Source: a virus (Duplodnaviria; Caudoviricetes). From it: a DNA stretch of 41,684 nt. Below the pieces are notes generated by a model that saw nothing but the letters and a program-made list of their open reading frames with translations, was not told where the DNA came from and did not search any database. The stretch is taken from positions 1 through 41,684 of the IMG/VR virus record IMGVR_UViG_3300048579_000062. One strand, 5' to 3'. The translations under genes were made by a program, and so were the position numbers. Positions 18,281-27,673 of the stretch are shown here, one piece after another (the first letter of the stretch is position 1; each line of letters begins with the position of its first letter).

Positions 18281-18545
18281 GCTAGGAGCGCCCCAGATCG
18301 CGGTCGCGCAGCCGACCTGTGACGCGACGGCGGACGCGCTCGTAGCGGCGAGGCCGCAGCGGCGGGAAGTGCTGTTCCGGAACGCGGGCGCTGTGGACTG
18401 CTACGTAGGCAATTCGGACGTGACCACGGCCACGGGGCTGCTGCTGGCTGCGGGCGAGAGCCTGACGCTGGCGGTGACGTGCGCGGTATACGGGGTGACG
18501 GCGAGCGGCACCGCGACGGTGCATGTGCTGGAAACCTACCAGTAA
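18273..18545 (+). CDS. Small beta-sandwich virion protein
   Basis: VLFRNAGAVDCYVG...GLLLAAGESLTL...VYGV pattern. Confidence 0.7.
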   Translation: MFELGAPQIAVAQPTCDATADALVAARPQRREVLFRNAGAVDCYVGNSDVTTATGLLLAAGESLTLAVTCAVYGVTASGTATVHVLETYQ

Positions 18546-18557
18546 GGAGGGACGGCG

Positions 18558-19031
18558 ATGAAATCAGGATTGAGCGTCTTGCCACGGACGCAGCCGCGTT
18601 TGGTGCGTGGGGCCATCACCTACGCCGCAGGGTCTACCGGGGCTATCGGGGCTACCACCCTGTTCACGGTCACCGGAGACGTGTTGGTAACGATGCTCGC
18701 CGCAAAATGCACCACTGACCTGACAAGTGCTGGCGCCCCCGGCTTGGAGATAGGCGTAGTTGGTAATACAAGCTTGTTCGCAGGCAGCCTGGTAGACCCA
18801 ACTGGATGGGACTCCGGCGAGTGGGCGGATGGCAACTCTGGCGTTTACCGCGCCGGGGGTGGGGAGCCTCTATTCGAATCCAGCGAAAACAACTACCCAA
18901 TCTCCGCCAACATCATCCAGACCATCGCTAGCGCCACGATCACGGGCGGTGTGGTGCGCTGGTATCTCCAGTACATCCCGCTCTCTGCTGACGGGCTGGT
19001 GACGCTTCACGCGAACCTGGTGGCGTTCTGA
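18558..19031 (+). CDS. Putative virion structural protein
   Basis: SD AAGGAGG; beta-rich, 157 aa. Confidence 0.7.
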   Translation: MKSGLSVLPRTQPRLVRGAITYAAGSTGAIGATTLFTVTGDVLVTMLAAKCTTDLTSAGAPGLEIGVVGNTSLFAGSLVDPTGWDSGEWADGNSGVYRAGGGEPLFESSENNYPISANIIQTIASATITGGVVRWYLQYIPLSADGLVTLHANLVAF

Positions 19032-19177
19032 TGCCGCGCGTAACCCGCTCGCTCAAGGGTGGCTACCGCGTGGCCACGCCTACCCGTGAGGGCCGGGCGA
19101 AAGACGCTTACGCCGTGTTTGCTTCCCGCCAGAAGGTCATGAACGGCGGGCTGCGGCCTGTCGCGAGGAAACGCTGA
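19031..19177 (+). CDS. Small basic protein, 48 aa
   Basis: MPRVTRSLKGGYRVATPTREGRAKD...RKR; fills the gap exactly with a TGATG overlap. Confidence 0.6.
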   Translation: MPRVTRSLKGGYRVATPTREGRAKDAYAVFASRQKVMNGGLRPVARKR

Positions 19178-20524
19178 ATGCCCACCCTGGCCGCCTACGT
19201 GCAACGTGCTATCGACCTCGCGGGGGAAACCCTGATGGGGCGCTACGTGCCGCTCACGTCGTTGACCACGACCACGGCGGTTGCGTCGTCACTGGCCTTT
19301 GGCGGCAATTCGGAGCAGCGCTACGCGCAGTGGTGGATGTGGCGTCCAAACGCTTCCGCCGACGGCGACCGGATAAAGCAGGCCGATAGCTTCGCTCCGT
19401 CCACCGGCACCCTCACGCACAGCGGGGCGAACTATGGGGACACGACGGCGACCGGTGAGACGCTAATCCTGTTGCCGCCTGACCTTGACCCGTACAAGGT
19501 GCGGGTGGCCTGCAACATGGCGGTCAAGGGGATGCGTGAGTGGGACGAATCCATCATCCCCATCATCCACGGGGCGGATACCCACCTGATTGCCGACCTC
19601 GATTGGTTGAACGACGCGGCCAGCATCCGGGACGTGAAATGGACTTCCTCGCCGGTCATCTCGCGCAACCGCTATCTCCAGAAGCGGCACACCGTTGACG
19701 ACGCTGGCAACCTCTGCCCGGACTTCTGGGACACGCAGGACAACGCGGCGAGCGAGTTCTTCCAGACCACAACCTACGGCGGCCAAAAATGGATGTACAT
19801 GCTCGAACGCGCGAACGGAGATGATGCGTTTCTCACCCAGTCCATCCGTTCCCTGCTTTCCGGTGTCTCTGGCGACTCGCCGGCGGGCAAGACGATTACC
19901 GCCGTGCTGGTGGCCGAAGGCGGCTCGCCGGGCGAGCTTGAACTGAATTTATCGGACGGGACCACCACGGATGACGTAGTCAACACCACGGGCAATCGAG
20001 AGACGCTCACCGCGAGCATCGAGCTCTCCGAGGATGCGATAGACATCGGCCTGGGAGTAATCGCGGGGGACAGCGATGGGGGCCACAGCATCTATGAGTG
20101 CTACGCCTTCATCGGCTCGGAGCTGACGGACGCCATCCGGCGGGACACGTTTCCAAGGCTGCTCATCCCGAAGAATCAGTACCACTTCGAGCAGGGCGGG
20201 CCGCTGCGAATCCAGTATCAGGGCGCGAGATCGCCCGGTTCGTTCATCATCTGCTCGGAACGGCCCTTCCCGGGTTTCGACGCTACACGGCTGGCCTCGG
20301 GCGCGGCTGACACGGACGAACAGGACGCGCCGCTCGATGAAGTAGCGACGGGGATCGTGGCCATCACGCTTGAGCAGCGGTACGGGCCGGGCGATGCGAC
20401 GGCTCGGCTGTGGCGGCACAAGTTCGACCTGGCTTGCCGCAAGCACCTCGCCTACCCCACCGGCAATACCGGGATGCCGCTGCTCAACGGGCCGATTACC
20501 GCCCCGGCCATGCGGGTCCGGTGA
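19178..20524 (+). CDS. Putative head-tail adaptor/tail protein
   Basis: Starts MPTLAAYVQRA, with an internal beta domain; assigned on position. Confidence 0.55.
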   Translation: MPTLAAYVQRAIDLAGETLMGRYVPLTSLTTTTAVASSLAFGGNSEQRYAQWWMWRPNASADGDRIKQADSFAPSTGTLTHSGANYGDTTATGETLILLPPDLDPYKVRVACNMAVKGMREWDESIIPIIHGADTHLIADLDWLNDAASIRDVKWTSSPVISRNRYLQKRHTVDDAGNLCPDFWDTQDNAASEFFQTTTYGGQKWMYMLERANGDDAFLTQSIRSLLSGVSGDSPAGKTITAVLVAEGGSPGELELNLSDGTTTDDVVNTTGNRETLTASIELSEDAIDIGLGVIAGDSDGGHSIYECYAFIGSELTDAIRRDTFPRLLIPKNQYHFEQGGPLRIQYQGARSPGSFIICSERPFPGFDATRLASGAADTDEQDAPLDEVATGIVAITLEQRYGPGDATARLWRHKFDLACRKHLAYPTGNTGMPLLNGPITAPAMRVR

Positions 20525-20528
20525 CGCG

Positions 20529-22088
20529 ATGGGATTGCTCGGGGAGTGGCTGTTTAACGAACACCTGAACGGTATCCAGCTATCGCGGGATTGGCCGCTT
20601 GGCACGGCTTACGGGACGCTCGACACGCGCTATGACGACATCTGCCTGCCGCCGCTCCTGACGGCGGTTGACCTGTCGGGCAGCGACGCGGCGGGCGGTG
20701 GTTCAGCCGGCACGGCGGCGGCGGTGAGCAGCGCGGCCTTCACGGGCGGCATGCACGCCACGGAGAAGCTGATCGTTGGCCGGGGGACGAAGCTCGGGGC
20801 GGTCAGGCTCGATACGCGCGCATCTGTGTTCGACGGCACAGCGGAAGGCGCGGGCGCTCCCTACGCCGAGAACGTCACCGACCTCCTCTACACGAAGAGC
20901 GCGGGGGGGACGCACGAAGTCTCGGTGTGCTACGACAACACGGCCTACCGGGTAATCACCGCCGCCCCGAACACAGGCGGCTACACGGCCTCTGAGAACA
21001 ACCAGGCGCACAAATACCGGCGCATGGGTATCGCTGGCTCGGACGCGGCGGCAAGCATCGTGGCGGGCCTTGGGCGCGGTTCAGGGACGCCTCAGAACGT
21101 GGTGGCCAGTAACACGCTCTCTGGTTCGACCACGATGGACGGTTCGGCCTGGCAGACGCGGGCCACCATCGGCGATGAAGTGGTGTTCACCGGGTTCGCG
21201 CTGGACGGGCGGTTCTGGTGCCCGCACACGAACGGGGGGTACTACTACCTCGATAGCGACGGGTATCGGTTCCGGCCGCAGCAAGAGGAGCTGGCGGTTG
21301 ACCCGAATAACCGGCAGGGGTTTGGGGCGCAGTCGTTCTCATACCTTGGGCCAGCGGTGCTGTCGCCCACGATTCGTGGGCTACGGCTGATCCAGGGCGG
21401 AGCGAGCCGAAGCGTTGGCGTTGACCTGTTTCCCGGCAACAACACGCCGGTCAACGGACGGTACGGCCACGCGGGCGGCTCTGAGAAGTGGATTTACGTG
21501 CCCATCTACAACACGGTGACGGGCAACTCGTATATCTGCGCGATGCGTCCCCGGCAGCCGGGCGACCAGCACGCGCAGCCGTTCTCGTGGTACGCGCTCT
21601 ACGAACTGAGCACCCTGGAATCGATGATCTGCGTCTACAGCGGGTTCAAGGGCGGGGTGACGAACCCAACGGTGTGGATAGGCCGGGGCAGCGATGTTGG
21701 CTGGTTTACCGAGCCGCTGACGCAACGGCCATGGGACGACTCGGGCATGAGCTTCGCGACGAGCGGGTCATTGCTGGGGACGCTCCGGGTTGCGCCGCCG
21801 GGAAAGACGTTGCTGCCGCAGTACCTGACGCTGGAAACGGCGGGCTGCACGGCCTCGAACACGGTTGCGGTTGACCTTGTGCTGACGGACGTGCGCGGGG
21901 TGGAACAGACAGTGCGCTGTGGGGGGCCGATTGTCTCGAACGGGATGAAACGAGTGGAAGTCCCGCCAATGCCCAACGGGGTCGTCAGTTTCGCCGTGAA
22001 GCTGACGATGGCGGGCGCGGGAGGCAATGCGACACCGAGAGTGAGGCGCAAGAGCGTGTGCGTGTGGGGAGGGGTGCAAGATGCCTGA
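20529..22088 (+). CDS. Putative tail nozzle/stabilisation protein (beta-propeller-like)
   Basis: About 519 aa, beta-rich, follows the adaptor candidate. Start codon uncertain. Confidence 0.55.
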   Translation: MGLLGEWLFNEHLNGIQLSRDWPLGTAYGTLDTRYDDICLPPLLTAVDLSGSDAAGGGSAGTAAAVSSAAFTGGMHATEKLIVGRGTKLGAVRLDTRASVFDGTAEGAGAPYAENVTDLLYTKSAGGTHEVSVCYDNTAYRVITAAPNTGGYTASENNQAHKYRRMGIAGSDAAASIVAGLGRGSGTPQNVVASNTLSGSTTMDGSAWQTRATIGDEVVFTGFALDGRFWCPHTNGGYYYLDSDGYRFRPQQEELAVDPNNRQGFGAQSFSYLGPAVLSPTIRGLRLIQGGASRSVGVDLFPGNNTPVNGRYGHAGGSEKWIYVPIYNTVTGNSYICAMRPRQPGDQHAQPFSWYALYELSTLESMICVYSGFKGGVTNPTVWIGRGSDVGWFTEPLTQRPWDDSGMSFATSGSLLGTLRVAPPGKTLLPQYLTLETAGCTASNTVAVDLVLTDVRGVEQTVRCGGPIVSNGMKRVEVPPMPNGVVSFAVKLTMAGAGGNATPRVRRKSVCVWGGVQDA

Positions 22089-23226
22089 CCTTGACGCGCA
22101 GTTTGCGCAGAGCGAATTGGAACGGCGGTTGGGAGAGGTAGAGCGGAAGCTGAACCAGCTTGACCAGGCGGGGCTTGACCGGCTGCGCGAAAGCGGGGTG
22201 CTGCCGTTTGGGAACTCGCTGGAGATGTCGCGGAACGGCATGGTCATGCGCCAGTTTCCGGGGCAGTACACCTACGAGAACCTGGTGGCGGAGTCCGGCG
22301 GAGCGCCGCCGGCGGGCAACGAGGACATGGACCTGAACGGCGATGGGAACATGGACATCCTCGACCTGTCGTTTGCGGCAACGAGGTTCCCGCCGCCGGG
22401 AAGCGGGCTGTTGTGGATAGCCAGGAACGCTTCCGAACCAACGCCACGGGCGGAGTGGTGGCCGGACACGCAGGGGTATCTCTACGGGCTGGCGACGGAC
22501 GTGCCGAACGGCAACCTGACGAACGCGACGCTGATGAAGATGGGGGTGCAGACGCCAAACGAAAGCGCGTATGTGCGCGTCCATGCGAGCGAGCACCTGA
22601 CAGACGAGCCGGTGGCGGACGTGGTGATCAAGGGGAGCATCCGCACGCCGCATGTGAGCATGGCGCAGATCACGAGCGACCAGAACGATTACGACGTTGG
22701 GGCGGGGACGGTTTCCGCCGTCAAGGTCAGTTCGGACGCGGCCCGGAACATCACGGGAATCGTCGCGCCACGGCCCTACACCATCTCTCTTGCGCCTGAC
22801 GTGAGCTATCAGGCGTGGTTGTTCCTGATCAACGAGGGGTCGTTCAACATCACGTTGAAGGACGCTTCGGGGTCTTCGGCGGCGGCGAACCGCTTTGCGC
22901 TGGATGCGGACGTGGTGCTGAAGCCGAAGCAGGGGTGCCTGCTGTTCTATGACACGTCGGCCAACATTGGGTTCGGGTGGCGGGCGATCGCCTCGCCGTC
23001 GTCGGCGGGCGGGAGTGTGGCGACGGACGCGATCTGGGATGCCAAGGGAGACCTGGCAGTCGGCACCGGGGCAGACACAGCACAGGTTCTCAGTGTAGGT
23101 GCGGACGGGACGGTTCTTACCGCTGATTCCGCCCAGACAACCGGCATTAAGTGGGCGGCAGCGGCTGCGGGCAGCTTCTCGTACGGAAAGGCAATTACGA
23201 CATCACAAGGACAAAACCTTCCATGA
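22081..23226 (+). CDS. Mosaic tail fibre/receptor-binding protein with a dockerin-like Ca-binding segment
   Basis: N-terminal coiled coil; DMDLNGDGNMDILDLSFAATRF; fibre linker DAKGDLAVGTGADT...VLTADS...GIKW. Confidence 0.7.
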   Translation: MPDLDAQFAQSELERRLGEVERKLNQLDQAGLDRLRESGVLPFGNSLEMSRNGMVMRQFPGQYTYENLVAESGGAPPAGNEDMDLNGDGNMDILDLSFAATRFPPPGSGLLWIARNASEPTPRAEWWPDTQGYLYGLATDVPNGNLTNATLMKMGVQTPNESAYVRVHASEHLTDEPVADVVIKGSIRTPHVSMAQITSDQNDYDVGAGTVSAVKVSSDAARNITGIVAPRPYTISLAPDVSYQAWLFLINEGSFNITLKDASGSSAAANRFALDADVVLKPKQGCLLFYDTSANIGFGWRAIASPSSAGGSVATDAIWDAKGDLAVGTGADTAQVLSVGADGTVLTADSAQTTGIKWAAAAAGSFSYGKAITTSQGQNLP

Positions 23227-23235
23227 GGCACATAA

Positions 23236-23673
23236 ATGGCTGCTAATACAAGTCCGATCTTCTCGCTTCAGGGGGAGGTTTCCTCCGACAATACAACCGC
23301 AATGGCTCCGACGTTCACGACAGCGGCGGCGGACTACACTGGTGCGACGGCAACACATAACAAACTGGTGTTCACTGCTGATGCAACAAATGGCTCTTAT
23401 ATTGCCCGGCTGAAATTCAAGGCAGTTGGGACGAACACCGCCTCGGTTGCGCGCATCTTCATTAATAATGGTTCGGCAAACACCACTGCTGCGAATAACT
23501 CGTTCTATGGCGAGGTCTCTCTTCCCGCTACTACTGCGATTGCGACAGCGGCCACCGTAGAGGTGGATTACCCTATGGGTTTTGCTTTGAATCCCGGCTT
23601 CCGCATCTATGTCGGCCTCGGGACAACCGTCGCGGCAGGGTGGGTCTGCACCGGCATCGGAGGAAATTATTGA
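23236..23673 (+). CDS. Tail fibre-associated beta protein
   Basis: MAANTSPIF...VARIFINNG...FYGEVSLPATT, within the fibre cluster. Confidence 0.7.
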   Translation: MAANTSPIFSLQGEVSSDNTTAMAPTFTTAAADYTGATATHNKLVFTADATNGSYIARLKFKAVGTNTASVARIFINNGSANTTAANNSFYGEVSLPATTAIATAATVEVDYPMGFALNPGFRIYVGLGTTVAAGWVCTGIGGNY

Positions 23674-24590
23674 GCCTCGATATGTATGACATCCCCACCC
23701 CCGGTGGGGACGTTGACTCGCGCTATTTTACGACCCCCGCGACGGTTACAAACCTCCAGTGGGAGACATGGCAAAAACCCCGTGGCAAGCAAATGTGCTC
23801 GATCCTGTGTATCGGCGGTGGTGGCGGCGGGGGAGGGGGCTTTGCTCGCGCTGCTGGTGCTGCTGGCGGGGGAGGAGGGGGTGGCGGGTCGTCCGCCGTG
23901 ACTCGCGTCCTTGTGCCGCTCTGGGCGTTACCCGACACCTTATTTGTGCAGGTTGGCGCAGGTGGAGCAGGCGTGGCCTCTGGTGGGGGAACAGCAGGGT
24001 CTGGGGTGCTTTCGTATGTTGCCGTGGCCCCTAACACCACTGCCTCTAATGTCATTGCGGTTTCTGGAGCGGCGGCGGCAGTTGGCGGCGGGACGGGCAC
24101 AGGCGCTGCTGTAGGCGCGGCGGGAACAGCAGGGACTATCGGTGTTATCGGCGCTATGCCGCTTTGCGGCCTTGGCATCATGCTTGCCATCGCAGGGCAA
24201 CTTGGGACGGCTGGCGGGGCTGTCGCTGGCGGTGCCGGGGCTACACAAACGATCCCGGTCACAGGAGTCGTAACGATGGGTGGTACAGGCGGCGGTGGAA
24301 CGACAGCGGCGGACTTCGCTGGTGGGCCAATCACAGCAATTGCCGGGTCGTTTCTCTCCGAACAACGCCCCGCTCAAGCGGCGGCTGGTTCAAATGGTGG
24401 CGGCTCCGCACAAAGTTGGGAACCGTTCTTTAGTTTCTCAGGCATGGGCGGTGGGTCATCCAACGCAGCGGCAGGAGGAGGGGGTGGGAATGGTGCGTAT
24501 GGCTCAGGCGGCGGCGGCGGCGGTGCTGGAGTCGGGGGAAGCCGAGGTGGCAATGGGGGCAATGGAATTGTGGTGATCACATGCTGGTGA
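23670..24590 (+). CDS. Glycine-rich tail fibre-like protein
   Basis: TTG start (TTGA overlap, SD GGAGG); TWQKPRG...CIGGGGGGGGG...GGNGGNGIVVITCW. Confidence 0.8.
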   Translation: MSLDMYDIPTPGGDVDSRYFTTPATVTNLQWETWQKPRGKQMCSILCIGGGGGGGGGFARAAGAAGGGGGGGGSSAVTRVLVPLWALPDTLFVQVGAGGAGVASGGGTAGSGVLSYVAVAPNTTASNVIAVSGAAAAVGGGTGTGAAVGAAGTAGTIGVIGAMPLCGLGIMLAIAGQLGTAGGAVAGGAGATQTIPVTGVVTMGGTGGGGTTAADFAGGPITAIAGSFLSEQRPAQAAAGSNGGGSAQSWEPFFSFSGMGGGSSNAAAGGGGGNGAYGSGGGGGGAGVGGSRGGNGGNGIVVITCW

Positions 24591-24594
24591 AACA

Positions 24595-24775
24595 ATGGCT
24601 CGCGTAGTCCTCACTGTACCGAACCCCGATCTTGACGATGTGGTCACAGCCCTGGAGAAGGCGTGGAGCCGTGACGCTCCGGGCGTTGGTAATCGGGAAA
24701 CTCAAGCGTAAACTTCAGGCTGATGGCATCGCCTCCAAGCTGGATACCTTCATCGGGCAATCGGTGACGATATGA
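24595..24775 (+). pseudogene. Two short overlapping ORFs (24595-24711 and 24671-24775), possibly a split gene
   Basis: MARVVLTVPNPDLDDVVTALEKAW... in one frame; ...LVIGKLKRKLQADGIASKLDTFIGQSVTI in the +1 frame, ending in an ATGA overlap with 24772. Confidence 0.4.
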
Positions 24776-25047
24776 AGACGATAATCCTCGCATTCGCCCT
24801 TGCAGCAGTCGGGATCTACGGGATCGCTAAGGCTGCACCACAGACCTGCCCCGGTGACGCCAATGGCGACAACGTGGTGAACATTCTCGATCTGAGTTTC
24901 ACCGTTTCCCATCTCCATCAGGGCACCGCGCCCTACCAGTACGGGGATGTGAACGGGGACATGATCGTGACGCAGGCCGACCTCGACATTGAGGCAGCGA
25001 ACTACGGGAGGGTGTGCCTACCAGTAGGCGGACTCGCGACAGATTAG
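24772..25047 (+). CDS. Secreted dockerin type I-like protein
   Basis: Signal peptide MKTIILAFALAAVGIYGIAKA; two Ca-loop repeats GDANGDNVVNILDL and GDVNGDMIVTQADL, flanked by Cys. Confidence 0.85.
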   Translation: MKTIILAFALAAVGIYGIAKAAPQTCPGDANGDNVVNILDLSFTVSHLHQGTAPYQYGDVNGDMIVTQADLDIEAANYGRVCLPVGGLATD

Positions 25048-25143
25048 CCCGGAGGGGGAAGGGCAGGCACCCTCCCCCCTCTCCAAACACCCCGACCGTA
25101 GGAGGGCCGGAATGCGAAGCGAGACGATACAGGAAACCGGGCC

Positions 25144-25497
25144 ATGAGTGCACAGCCGTTGGACGATAGCCGGTTTTCCGATCGCGAGCTTATTGGCGTT
25201 CTGGCCGAAAGGGTGGGGGGTATGCGTGACGTTTTCGATGACTTCCGGGCTGAGACACGTGGCAACTTCGATGCGGCGAAGGCGGCGGTGGCCGACCTCA
25301 AAGCCGAGTTGAAAACCGACACGGCGGCGATTCGCACGGAGATGACACAGCGGTTCGCCATGCACGACACGCGGATTAAAGCCCTGGAAGACACGAAATC
25401 CGAGAACAAGGGCGCCTATCTGTCCGTGAAATTCATCATTGCGTTGGTGGCCCTGGGGCCGGTGAGCGCGGCGATCATCTGGCTGGCCGAGAAATGA
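25144..25497 (+). CDS. Coiled-coil protein with C-terminal TM (lysis module)
   Basis: Heptad-rich body, then FIIALVALGPVSAAIIWLA. Confidence 0.75.
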   Translation: MSAQPLDDSRFSDRELIGVLAERVGGMRDVFDDFRAETRGNFDAAKAAVADLKAELKTDTAAIRTEMTQRFAMHDTRIKALEDTKSENKGAYLSVKFIIALVALGPVSAAIIWLAEK

Positions 25498-25784
25498 CAC
25501 AGGCGCTTCTCATCGTGCATCGCGGCTCAGACGGGCTGGTCACGCCCATGCCGTTCACCTACAAGGACGGTAACCTCGCGCCGATCGTGGAAGAGGTGGC
25601 GGACTACCTGGCGGGGATGGGGCTGGTGGATTCGCTGTGGGAAGGCATCGCGGCGGACCGGCTGCGGAGTGTGCTCCTGTTGCAGCAGGACAAGCGGGAG
25701 ATGGCGGACGTGATCCGCCGGCAACAGGACATCATCGAATACGCGAAAAACAAGCTCGGGCCACTCATGGAGGCGGTGGTATGA
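25494..25784 (+). CDS. Hypothetical protein
   Basis: ATGA-coupled ORF, 96 aa. Confidence 0.7.
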   Translation: MTQALLIVHRGSDGLVTPMPFTYKDGNLAPIVEEVADYLAGMGLVDSLWEGIAADRLRSVLLLQQDKREMADVIRRQQDIIEYAKNKLGPLMEAVV

Positions 25785-25867
25785 GGTGGTTGGTGTTCGG
25801 CTTTCTGATGTGGCTGGCCGGGGCAACGACGGTCATCACCGCTCTGATGTGGGGTGAGAAACGATGA
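25781..25867 (+). CDS. 28-aa single-TM peptide
   Basis: MRWLVFGFLMWLAGATTVITALMWGEKR; SD GGAGG; ATGA overlaps at both ends. Confidence 0.65.
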   Translation: MRWLVFGFLMWLAGATTVITALMWGEKR

Positions 25868-26748
25868 CCGTCCTCGACCTGTCGCAGTACGACCTTCCCA
25901 CCCTCGACGTAGCGGAGATGCGAGCCTACGGGGTCACCGGGGCCATCCTCGGGGTGTTCTCTCCGAACAATCCCCCGCACGACATGGCGAATGCGGCTGA
26001 CCGGCTGATTGCCGGTGGTATCCCGGTGAAGGCGTGGTACGGGCTGGCCTACTACGGCTCCGCGTACGGGGCGACACGGGACATTACCTGGGCGGCGCAG
26101 CTCGCCCGCCAGTTTAAGACTCCCTACGTGTTTGTGGACTCAGAGATCGACGGCACGGGGATATTCACCGATGTCACCGAGCCGACGCCACAGGCGCGAG
26201 TCGAGCAGCACGATTACTGCTACGGGATCATCATCGAATCCGGGGGTGGGGCGAAGCCGGGGACGTACACCGCTCCCTGGTGGTGGAACCCGAAGATGGG
26301 CGGCACGGAGAAGTTTGCGGACTCCCCGCTCTGGTACGCCAACTACGGAGTGAACGATGGCAAGCAGCCACCGATCCCCGTGGTGAACTTTGGCGGCTGG
26401 ACGAAGGTAGGCATCCATCAATACACATCGACGCTCTACGTCGCGGGGCGAAACCGTGACGCCAACTACTGGTTTTTGGGGGACGAAGTGAGCCAAGACG
26501 ACTTCAACGACCTTGTCCTGGCCTGTTTCAGTGGGTCAGAGGACCGGGACGCCAATGGCAAGACGCTTCCGAAAGAGGAGCGGCTACCGATTGCGTTGAC
26601 GCGCATGCGGAACCGGGCAGACGGCGGCTTTGGGAGCATCGCTGACCGTGCCGAGTCCGCGTACGTCATCGCGCAGCAAGGCGGCGGGACGGGAGTCCCG
26701 AAGCACACCCATCCGGTGCCCGGCACCACCACAGGAGAACCGAAATGA
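25864..26748 (+). CDS. Endolysin, GH25 muramidase
   Basis: LDLSQY N-terminus, DxE (VDSE), GTYT, LWYANY, IHQYTS, DAN. Confidence 0.85.
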   Translation: MTVLDLSQYDLPTLDVAEMRAYGVTGAILGVFSPNNPPHDMANAADRLIAGGIPVKAWYGLAYYGSAYGATRDITWAAQLARQFKTPYVFVDSEIDGTGIFTDVTEPTPQARVEQHDYCYGIIIESGGGAKPGTYTAPWWWNPKMGGTEKFADSPLWYANYGVNDGKQPPIPVVNFGGWTKVGIHQYTSTLYVAGRNRDANYWFLGDEVSQDDFNDLVLACFSGSEDRDANGKTLPKEERLPIALTRMRNRADGGFGSIADRAESAYVIAQQGGGTGVPKHTHPVPGTTTGEPK

Positions 26749-26924
26749 GTCTCAACATCGCAGCCCTCGTAGCCGTGGCCGTCGTCGTCGTCATCGGCGC
26801 GGCCAAGCAGTTCGGCATCATCGACGCCGACTTCGCCAGCACGGCGCTAACCACCCTGCTTGCGGGCGGCGGCGGGTTTGCGCTCGGCAAGGGAGCCAGC
26901 ACCCCGAAGGATGGTGGCGCGTGA
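26745..26924 (+). CDS. Holin candidate (two TM, 59 aa)
   Basis: MSLNIAALVAVAVVVVIGAAKQFGII...LTTLLAGGGGFALGK, directly after the endolysin; SD AGGAG. Confidence 0.65.
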   Translation: MSLNIAALVAVAVVVVIGAAKQFGIIDADFASTALTTLLAGGGGFALGKGASTPKDGGA

Positions 26925-27673
26925 ACGTCGTGCATTTCCGTCGCAATCGGGAAGGCTCGTTCTGGCTGACCCTGTTCGGCCTGAACTTCAGCGGGCAACT
27001 GGCACGCTGGAAGGGCGGGCCGTTTGCCCACCTGAATTGGGGCACCGGGGACGGGGCGAGCATCGGGTTCTCCGCTGCCTGCTTCTTCGGGCTCTGGTTC
27101 CACTGGGACATTCCCTGGCGCGTGAGCCGGCGGGTCCGCTTCCTCCGTGGCGAGAAGCGGGAGTTCGGTTGGACGTGGAACGGCGGCGTGCTGCACCTGT
27201 TGTTCGGGCATCAGCCGATGGGCACACACTACGGCTATCGAAAGGGTCGCTTCTCCGGGGTGCGCCGGGCGTGGCTGAACAAGGAAGTTGCGCTCTGGCG
27301 CAACACATGGGTCATCGGGCGCGACCGGCATTGTTCGCGTGTGCTCGCTACTCGCGAGATGGTAATCGACTGCGGGCGCTGGCCGGGCGATCAGTACGCG
27401 GCGACGGAAAAGCTGACTAGCCGTCGCCGAACCAATCGCTTCCGAACTCAGTGGTCCCGCGATTACTGCTGGTCACTACCCAGCGGGCAACACGGCATCC
27501 CCGTGGATACGAGAGGCAAGTGGGGAGACCGCTATTCGGAGGTATTCGGCTTCGGCGCGGAGGACACCGGCGAACCGTCTGAGATCATCCTGCGACGCCG
27601 TCTCGACGCGCTGCTAAGCGGGTGGCCGAAGGGGCTGATTGCCGAGTACGACACTGACAAGGTGCCTGTCTGA
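26921..27673 (+). CDS. Trp/Arg-rich hypothetical protein, paralogue of 33773-34540
   Basis: GTGA overlap; colinear similarity to 33773-34540. Confidence 0.8.
   Translation: MNVVHFRRNREGSFWLTLFGLNFSGQLARWKGGPFAHLNWGTGDGASIGFSAACFFGLWFHWDIPWRVSRRVRFLRGEKREFGWTWNGGVLHLLFGHQPMGTHYGYRKGRFSGVRRAWLNKEVALWRNTWVIGRDRHCSRVLATREMVIDCGRWPGDQYAATEKLTSRRRTNRFRTQWSRDYCWSLPSGQHGIPVDTRGKWGDRYSEVFGFGAEDTGEPSEIILRRRLDALLSGWPKGLIAEYDTDKVPV

Noticed and set aside
23670-24590. Gly-rich gene as collagen-like or as a DGR target
   Set aside because: No Gly-X-Y periodicity; no reverse transcriptase or template/variable repeat pair seen.
24695-24701. GGGAAAC as a -1 frameshift site joining the two mini-ORFs
   Set aside because: The heptamer is not in X XXY YYZ phase with the upstream ORF, and the downstream ORF is in the +1 frame.
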